A stretch of DNA of 25,342 nucleotides from the IMG/VR virus record IMGVR_UViG_3300046115_000144, positions 1-25,342 of that record; one strand, given 5' to 3'. The stretch is from a virus (taxonomy: Duplodnaviria > Caudoviricetes). The notes under the pieces are model-generated. The model worked only from the letters and a program-made list of their open reading frames with translations, was not told where the DNA came from and did not search any database. The position numbers and the translations under genes are program-made. Of the stretch, positions 1-9,400 are shown piece by piece. How positions within the stretch are numbered: position 1 is the first letter of the stretch; each line of letters begins with the position of its first letter.

Positions 1-265
1 CGGACGCGGGGTCGGAATTGCCCTTGCGATCGCGGTAGGCCAGCATGTCCGTCTGCCGCTCCTGGCGGATGGACTCGGCCAGCAAGGAAGCCCGCTTCTT
101 CTGCAGCGCCTCGGCCTCCAATTCCCTGGCCATCATCTCGCGGATGGCCGAGGGCGCCAGCACCTCGCGCGCGAGCTGGTCGTAGCGCCTGTAAAGGCGC
201 TGGGCATCCTCGGCGGAGATCTCGCCCTGCTGCTGGGCGCGCTTGATGCAGTCCTTGAGGCTCAC
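1..265 (-). CDS. 5' part of a probable internal virion (ejection) protein, runs off the window; MSLKDCIKRAQQQGEISAEDAQRLYRRYDQLAREVL...
   Basis: GTG start at 263-265 overlaps the TGA of the 72-aa ORF (GTGA coupling). Open to the window edge. An N-terminal M-x-x-K-D-C-I and this position fit the last large internal virion gene of such podoviruses (inference). Confidence 0.7.
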   Translation of the reverse strand, partial: MSLKDCIKRAQQQGEISAEDAQRLYRRYDQLAREVLAPSAIREMMARELEAEALQKKRASLLAESIRQERQTDMLAYRDRKGNSDPAS

Positions 266-480
266 GGTCGCTTTATCTCAATGCGGGGCTCGACGTCGAG
301 CGGGGTGGCGTGCAGCTGGCGCAGGAACTGCACGATCAGATCGATAGCCAACTCGCGCGGCAGCTCATGACAGCCATCGAACAGAAACTTGGCGATGGGC
401 CGGTAAGTCGCGTCTTGCAGGACGCCGATCTCCGGATGGGCGTCGAGCAGGGCCGCTAGGGGTTCATCGGGTTGCCGCAT
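262..480 (-). CDS. small hypothetical protein, 72 aa
   Basis: Strong RBS (GAGGAG) 7 nt before the ATG, just after the stop of the giant gene; its stop overlaps the next start. Confidence 0.75.
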   Translation of the reverse strand: MRQPDEPLAALLDAHPEIGVLQDATYRPIAKFLFDGCHELPRELAIDLIVQFLRQLHATPLDVEPRIEIKRP

Positions 481-493
481 ACGTTATCTCCTC

Positions 494-3400
494 TTAGGCC
501 TTGCAGGCTTTCACGAGCTCGGAGAGGTCGGACGCCTTCTGGGCGTCCTTGACCTCGCCGGCGGCCACGTCGCCCCGAGCCGGCGCTGCCCCTTCCCACT
601 CGCGATCGCGTTGCGCCTGCAGTGCCTGGCGCTCGGCTGATTCCGTGGTGCGCTGCTTGTTGGCCTCCCAGTATTCCCCGAGGTAGGCCTTCCTAGGAAC
701 AGTCAGCTCGTGGGCCTCGATACGGCTGCCCGCGCCGCCGCGACCGCCCGGGTAGTGCTTGGTTGTCAGGGGCTGGCCCAGCAAGTCATCGGCCAGGGGC
801 CCGAGGTAGGCGCGCAGCTCATCCGGCGTGAACTGCGAGACGGGGTTCCAGTGTGGTTGCTTGCTGTTCGGGCTGCGGTAGCTGAGCAGGCCGCGCACAT
901 GCGTGGTGAGATCCGTGCCGCCCGTGCGAACATCGGATCCCTCCAGCGGGATGTAGCGCAAGCCGCCGAAGGGCTTGCCGTGGTTGCTCATGAGACCGAC
1001 CCGCCAGGCCTCCAGCTGCGGCTCACCAGCCACCGCCTTGAACGGCTCCTCCTCGCCCGAGCGCAACACATAGCTCTCGTCCCAGGCCAGCCGCCCCTCG
1101 CGCCTGAAACCAGCCGGAACAACCAGTGCTTCGCGGCGCTGCTGGCTGAGCCCGGCGATCTCCCCCTCACCCAGGCGCTGCGATGTCGGGGCCTCGATCC
1201 TCACTTCCTCGCCGGCGTCGACCCGCTTCTTCCAGCGCCGCAGCGTGTCGTTGCCGAGGCCCACCTCGCGGGCCGCATTGGTGAAGGACATGCCCTCCTC
1301 GACCAGGGCTAGACCGCGCTTGATGCGGTCGACCTGGGTGGCGCGGTCCTCGGCGGTGACGGCCGGGAACGGCGGCTCCTCGTCGGGCCCTAGTGCACCG
1401 TATCCCCGCGCCGGTTGCGCAGGATCACCAGCGCCTCCAGCGCCTTTTTCCTCAATTCCAGGTGCTTTTTCCACTGTTCCGCGTCGAGCAAGGGTTTGCC
1501 GGGCTTCGGCTTCGGTGCGGGCGGTTTGCAGTCCGTATCGCGCGAGCTCATTTTCCAACTCCGGCAACTCACGGATATGCAGCCACAGCTCTTTGTCCAT
1601 TTCACGGACGACGGGTTGTCCCCGCAAGTCTGTGGATAACATCTCCAGGAGGTCGTTGATGGCGGGCCGCTCGGCCCCCGTCAAGTACCCGGCCTCCCAG
1701 GCCCGCAGAGTTGCATCGTCAAGCGAGAGACCCCCTTTGTTCAGGAGGCCCGGCAACTGCTGGCCGGCGCCCCGGCTCTTGCCGCCTCGCCCCCGCACGG
1801 TGAGATCGCCGCCCTCGTCCTTGACGCCGCCCATGCGCACCAGGAAGGCGCCTAAGCGCTCCGGCACGGGCTGGGACTTGACCCAGCGCACGTAGCGCCA
1901 GGCATCGAGTATGGGAGCCATGGCCTTCTCGGCCTCGGCCAGCGCGCGCGCGGGGTCGCCGAGGTCCTCCTCGAGGATCCTGTTGACGGGTACGCCGAAG
2001 CGCTCGGCGGCGCGCAGCTGCTCGTCCAAGTCCTGGCCCAGGCGGTTGCGCTTGCCGATGATGGCCTGGCGCGAGACATGGGTGCCCGGGAAGCGCGCGG
2101 AGAGCACGGCTGCCGCGTCGGCGGCGGTCAGCCTGGCGATCTCGTCGCTGGTCAGCATGGCCACCATCTCAGGGGTCCACTGCCCGCGCGAGCGGTCGAT
2201 GACGCCGATGTCCAGGAGCCGCCGATAGACGGCCCGATCCGAAAGCTCCCGCCCCGTCTCCAGGCTGATCTTGGCCGCCACCGCCTTGACGCGGCCGTTC
2301 TTGGCCGTCGGCGTCTCCTGCCACAGCCGTGTGAGCAGGGCATCCCTGTCCGCCGACCAGAAATCGGGCAAGCCGGCGACCCGGCGCTCGATGCCCAGAC
2401 GCTGCATCTGGTCCTTGACGGCGCGCTCGGAGATGCGGCGCACGGGCCGGCCCTCCCGCGCAGCCTCCTCTGCGATGTCGGCCTGCAGGCGCTGGGTCAG
2501 CTCGGTGACGATGCGCGCCGGCGCGCGCTGATCGAGGCGGCCGGCCGACGCGATCTCCTTGGCTACCAGGTCGTCGTGCAGGCGCTCGATCAGATCATTG
2601 CGCGCCTCCGTCCACACCTCCGACAGCGGGCCCTTGCGGGTCACGCTGACGAGACCCCTCTGGCGCAGCCGGGTCTCGATCGCCGCCCGCGACACACGCC
2701 GGTCCAACCATTGCGGCTGCGCCATATGCGCGGCCATGTCGGCGACCTTCATGCCCTCCTTGTGCAGGCGGGCCAGCTCGGCGTTGTCCTCGAAGCGCCA
2801 GCCGACCGAGCGCCCGCGCCCCTTGCCCCCCGTCTCTGCGGCGATGATATCGTCGACCCGCCACCACACCTCGCGCTGGGCGACCTTGAGGGGATCGACG
2901 GGGAAGCCGAACTTGGCCTCGATGGCGGCCGCGACTTCCTCCACGGTACGTCCCGCCGCCATCTGCGCCCGCTCGAACTCCGCCACCGCCTTCTGCAGGG
3001 GATGCGGCGCCTCCTTGGCGTGCGCGGGCTGTCCGGCAAAATCGGGCCGCGCCTCCTTACGCTCGACCGCCTGCTCGATGCGGTGGCTGCGCTGGGACAG
3101 CGCGTCCCACAACTCCTTCTGCCACTCGTCCTCATCCTGCGCGAACTGGCGGGAGGGCCCCTCGGCGATCAGCTGCGACTTGCGCGGGGTGTCCTCGCTC
3201 TCGATGGGCGCCATGCGGCTGCGCATCTCCTGCGTCCAGCCGAAGCGTTGCTCGATGTTGCGTCCGGCCACGGTGCCGCCCAAGCGGCGGTAGGCCTCCT
3301 GCATGGGGAGCAATTCGAGCTCCTCGCGCATGGCCTGCAGCTTGGCCAGATCGTCGAGCAGGGCCTGCTCCGCCTCGTTGCGACCGAAGGCGCGGCGCAC

Positions 3401-6400
3401 AGCCGTGGCAAGCCTCGGCAGGGCCGCGAGCTGCTCCAGCACGGCGGCGGCCTCGCGGTCGAGATCCCCTGCGGCCTGGCGCACGACCTCCAGGGCAGAG
3501 GCGGGCGTGCCGCCCTCGGCCATGCCCTCGCGCCGGGCGATGAACCGATGCAACTCCACCACCAGCTTCTTGGCCGCCTCCCGCGGCGTACCGGCGCGAA
3601 TATGGATGGTTCCGGCCTCGAGGTCGGCCACCCCCGCCGGCAGATCGCGGATATCCCCGCGCTCCAGCGTCACGGAAATGCCGCGCAGCTCCGGGTAGTC
3701 CTGGAGCTGGTGAGCATTCCTCAGGAAGGCCTCGGCCGACCCCCGCATGCTCTGGCCCTTGCGCGCATCGACGAAGGCTGCCTCAACAGCGGGGGACAGG
3801 GAGGTCTTGATGTCGGAGCGCTCCGAAGCCCACTGCCCCGCCCCTTCGCGATACCAGTTCGTGAGGCGGAAGATCTCGGTGTCCACGCGTCCGGCACGCT
3901 CCATGCGCTGGGCGGCGTCGAGCAGCATCAGGTCGGCCGAGCGCCCCTGGCGTCCAATGACGGCAAGCAGCGGCTCACCGTCCTCCAAACCCTGGAGCAG
4001 GCGGGAGGCATGGCCCGAGCGCCCGTCAAACAGTTGCTTGAGCAACGGCGCGATGGGGCGGATATCCTCGAGGGGGAGGGCGCGATGGTAGATCAACTCG
4101 ACGAGATGTGCTACGGCTTCCTGAGCGAGACGATGATCCTTGCTGCGCAGTCCCGCGTACTCGCGCTCGTAGCGTTGGCGCAGCGTTTCGCCCGTGATAT
4201 CGACGGCGTCTGAGCGTCCCACTTTCTCCAGGTAGTCGCTGAGCGACATATCGAGGATACGGAGCTTATTGGCATGGTCGACAAGAAGGTCCAGCAGGCG
4301 GCGGTTCGGCCCCGTATCGACCTGGAAGATCACATGGACGAGCTCATGCCACAGGTCACCCCTGAGGCTATGCTCGAATCCGCCCGACAGGCCCGCACGA
4401 AAGAAGATGACCTCCCGCAGCGCCGGGTTGGCGAAGGTGAGCGCACGCGCCCCCTTGAACCACTTCCACGATCCCTCGATCTCGCGCGTGGAGCCGTCGG
4501 TGTAGCGGATGACCGCGCGCACCCTGACGTCGCCAACCCCGCCGCGACCGCGAGCAATGCGGCGGGCCTCGGCGGGAGCGACGGTGGGCTCGATGCGCGC
4601 GAGCGTGCCGACGCTGAAGCCCTCCGGAATAAGGTCAAGATGCGGGGCAAGGGCGGCAAGGGTACGGTCGACAATCCCCGCTCTAATCGCAATCGGCGCG
4701 CCCGCCGCAACCCGTGAGTTGATGGCCTCGCGCGCCAGGCTGTCGCTGACGAGCTCATCGGGCACCATGCCCTTGGCAGCCGCAGCCGACTGAGCCGCAG
4801 GCGCGGCGCGCGCGGCCGGCGCAGCCTTCGTCTCGGTCCCAACCCCGCTTGCCGCCGCCCTCTCCCTGGCGATCTCCTGCGGCGTGATGCGCCGGCCGAA
4901 CAATTCGCTGAGCAGGGGTGCGGCGACCACGGGGTTGGCGGGGACGTGGGACATGCCGGCGAGCCGCCGCTCGCCCTCCGTCCAGGGCTTCTCCTGCCGG
5001 GCAGGGAAGCGGACGCGGTCGGACTTGACGAGGCTGCGCACGGCATCGGGCGTGACCTCGCGCCCTGTCGCCTCGCTCATGTGACGGGCGACGTCGACCG
5101 CAGACCACGCGGCATTGGCGGGATCGTTCCAGACCCGCTCGAGCTCGGCCATCCGCGGCTCGGTCCAGACGCGTGGCACTGCCTCCAGGCGTCCTGGATT
5201 GAGCGCGCGCCGGTCCGGGAAGCGGGCGCGATCACGGTGCGCCTGCCAGCCGATCGAGGCCGTACTGATGTCGCTGCGCTGAAACAGCTCGCGCATCTGC
5301 TCGGCGATCTCTGGGACCGACAGCTTGGTCTTCCACAGGCGCTCAAGCTCGGCCAATTCGTCGGCATCGAGCAGCGGCTTGCCGCCGGGTCGGGCGACAA
5401 TGCCGCGCCGATCCGGGAAGCGCTCGCGGTCAGCCAACGCGATCTCGGCGATCTGGCGGGCCGTAATCGGCTGCTCCGCCACCTCGCTCATAAGCTCGGC
5501 CATGCGCGCCAGAGACTGCTTGGGATCGCCCCAGACCTTGTCGAGCTCGGCGAGCTGGCCCTCATTGAGGAGACCGCGCGCCGCCTTCTTCTCGGCTGCG
5601 CTCAGCTCCTCGGCCCGCCACCACACCTTGCCCGAGGCCACCTCCTCCGGGGTGACCCGCGAGCCGAAGCGCTCGTTGACCGCTTTGGCGATCTCGTCGG
5701 CGCCGGCATCGGCCTTGCGCAGGCTGTCCTCGAGCGCGCGCGCGGCCTTGAAGAGGTCGCCGGCCTCCATCTCCAGTGCCGACTTCGGCACGATCCTCTG
5801 CGCCACGCGCTGGGCTGCTTCGCCCACGCTCTGGTAGGCGTGGGAGATCTCGCCAGCCGTGGCCCGGCGTGAGAGGGCGTCCCAGTGCTCGTCGATCCAG
5901 TCGCCACCAGCACCGGCACCGGTGCCTTCCTCGCCCTCCGGGAGGAAGTCGCGTCCCGTGCGCTGGGCTGCGGCCAAGAGGGGCTGGCCCTCCTCCGTCA
6001 CGACAGCCTTGACCTTCTCGGTCAGGGGGAAGACATGGAACTGGATGGGCTTGCCGCGCTCTTCTCCGGGGCGATCAAGGTGATCCAGCCGATGCGAGAA
6101 CGCACGCCCATCCATGGAAGAGAAAAGGCCCTCTTGCGAGGGCCCCTTGATGCTCGGATCGAGCGATTGGAGGTATTTCAACAAGGCCCGCGGCAGTATC
6201 TCATCGTAGAACGAGCGCATGCCCTGGGGATTGTTTGCGCCCTCTGCCCGATCAATGAGAGCCTGGGCTGGGCTGATCGCGATCTTGTCGACATCCGCGT
6301 CGATGAACTGGCGCACCACCCAGCGCAGGCCCGTCTCCATGGCTTGGTCAGTGGTGTCGACGAGAGGATGGCTGGGAACCGCGGCTTTGGCGGTCTGCAG

Positions 6401-9400
6401 CTCTGCGTCCAGCAAGCCGAGCCGTTCGTTAGCGTGACGGATCGCGTTTAGGTGCCTAAACGCCTGCGCGACAATGCTCCGGCCTTCCTCATCCCGCGTT
6501 CCTGCGGGCGTCTCGTCATGCCAGCGCGATAGCGCAGCCCACACCTCAGAGGGATTGCCACCATTCGGCATGGCGCTCTTTTCACCGTCCGGCAGCCAGC
6601 GGCTAGCTTCGTCGAGGATATTCCTCTGCGCTTGCTCGGCCTGCTTAATCTGATCCAGCAGGCTGGCAACCTTTGCCTCGTCTCGAACCCCACCCTTGAG
6701 CGCGCCAGCCTTGCGATCCTTGTCGATGGCCTTGCTGACGGCTGCTTTCTGTTTCTTACTGAGGGCCTTAAAGCTCGTCAGCGCGGGCGTTGCCTCTATC
6801 TCCTGGTCGAGGAGCCCCCGTTGCGTGCCAAGCTTTGAGTAGCGGGCACGCATCTCCACCGGAATGATCTTGCCGGCGTCTACGCGATTACGAATGAGGT
6901 CAGAGATCTGATCCAGCCCATCCTTGACGGAGACCCGGCCGACCGGCGGGGTCAGCCACTTCTCGCCCAGCTCTGGGTTCCACGCAAACAAGCGCCTGTT
7001 GATTTCATCGCGCAGTTCGTATAGCGCAGCGTCAGCCTCCTCATGTCGCTTCGTGAGATCAGCAAGCTTTGCTTGATGCTCAGACTCGAACATCGTCTTG
7101 GCGTACGCATTGCGTACCGAATCCCGGATGCTTTGCGCCCACTGCGGCTGGAACCGATCCAGGACGCCTACGGCTTTACCATCTCCATCCTTCTGAATCG
7201 AGGTGCCGGTGTTGACGATGGGGTTGGGCTCGTTGGGGAAATGGGAGTCGGTGAAAGTTGCCACTCGATCTTCGAATTGGGTCTCGAAGTTGAATGGCCG
7301 TCCGGGCAGATGCAGCACGCTCTCCCGGTTCGTGCGGTTGCCGCGGTCGATCTGGTACTCAGGCCAGCGCAGCGGACTGAACAGCTTCTTTGCGGCCTCC
7401 ATGTCGTGGACGACCATGTCGCCAGACGCTTCCGTCCAGCCGTTATCACTGCGGCCCGCGCGTCGCTGCACCAACAGCGTCCCATCACCCTGCGGCGAAA
7501 TCTCCGCGATGATGGTGCCCTCGCGATTGGCAACAAGCGTGGTGGCGGGGTCATCAGGATCGTTGCCGAACGTCACCCCGTCCGTATCATTGCGATAGAC
7601 CGCCTCCTTCACCGATACTCGGTTCTCTTCTAGGTGTTTGACGATCTCGACCTTGGTGACGCTCCTCTTGCCCTCCAGGAACTTGTCGAGACCGGTCGCT
7701 GCAAGCTCGGCCTCCTTGACGCCGGTGCCCTTGGTGAGCATCGAGCGCATCTGCTCAGGCGTTCCCTTGGCCTGCTTCAGTGCCTTGGCCGCCTCCAAAG
7801 CTTGGCTGTAGAACCCAAGCTGGTCGAACGCCCGCCTCTGTACGGCCCCGTCGCTCTCCCCCAGTACCGCCTTCGCCGGGAAGATATCCGGATACATCGG
7901 CCCTTCCACCGGAACGGCCTTGGCATCCGACAGCTTGATGTTCTTCGATCTGAGCGTGCCGTGCGCCCGCTCCTTGAAGTAGCCCTGTTGGTGCGCATGC
8001 ATCAGCGCGTAGTAGAGATAGTCCGGGAGGATGTTGTGGTTCCTGACGAGCACGCCGATATGCTCCGGCGAGAACTCGCGCGTCACCGACCCGACCTTGT
8101 CGTCCGAGCCCTTCCTGACGATCCAGAAGTCGGCCTCGGGGAAGTTGGTGCGCATGTCGGCATGTATGCCGAGCTCGCGGCCGTAGGTGAGGTGCTTATC
8201 CGCACCCTTGGGCGCCTGGCGCTCGCCCGCCACCGCCTTCATCGGCGCGGTATCGGGCTCCCTGCGCCAGAACCCGTCCTTGCCCTCCCGGAACCCCAGG
8301 GAGGCGTAGAACATGCCCAAACGGGCATCGTCGACGCCCTTGGCCCCCTCCACGATCAGCGAGACGGCCTTGCCCGCCTCGTCGGCGGCAGCCACGAACC
8401 GCTGCATGGCCGAGCGCGCGGCCCCGAGGTTGCGGGCCTCCGGGAAGGTGCGCAGGTACTCCAGATACACGCCCCCGTCGGGCTCGACGCTGTAGCGGAT
8501 GCGGGTCGGGCCGTACTCGACAACGCGCTCGCCTCCCCCCGGAGCAAAGTCGACAACGGGGCTGTCGAGCTCCCCCGCCACCGCCTTCAGCGGGGCGGCG
8601 TCTTCTTGACTTTGAACGAGTTGGCGTCTAAAGCTGTGCCACGAAGGCCCCCGGTTGCGCGGCGGTACTTGGCTGATTAGGGCCAGGATTTCACCCGCGC
8701 GCTCAGGGGCCTTCTGCCATTTCAGGGCCTCTGGACCCTGCTGGTGCAAAGCGGCGGACAACCGGGCGATGGTATCGCTGCGCATCTGATTGAAGGCCGT
8801 CATGATCTTGAGACGGCCGCGGTCAGCCTCCCTGATGCCGATGACGACGACGCCGTCATTCTCCTTGCCCAGGCGTATCAACCGGACACCGGTTCCTCCG
8901 TCGAATTGAGCGTACGTCGGCGCGGCAAGTACATGGGCAATGTGAGCCGCGATCTTCTCGTGCGTCGACAAGTCCCCGTGCCGTGCCGGATCGTCCTTGC
9001 CGGTGCGTTTCTCCCAGATGTGCTGCAGGTTGGCGCGCAGTTCAGCCTGGGGCAGGCCAGCCCAGGCGAGCTCGGTGGGCGCGAACACGCCTTGCGGCAG
9101 CCGCGTCGCCTCGGCGATCATCAGCTGGCGGCGCTCGAGCTGGGATTGTAGCGCCGCGATATGCTCAGGATCGGCATCGGCCGCCGCCTTCAGGCGGGCG
9201 CTCTTGTCGGCGATGGCGTCGGCCTGCTGGCGATAGGCCTTGACATGATCGGGCGGCCCTTCGGCGATGCGGATACCCGGCACCTCGATCGTCGGAACTG
9301 CAGGCTCGACGTCTTTGGCTGCCGGCGCCGCTGACGACTCCCCGGGCTTGCGACCCGGCAGCGACAGGGTCTTGCGCTCCGACAGCTCGGGCGCCTCGAG

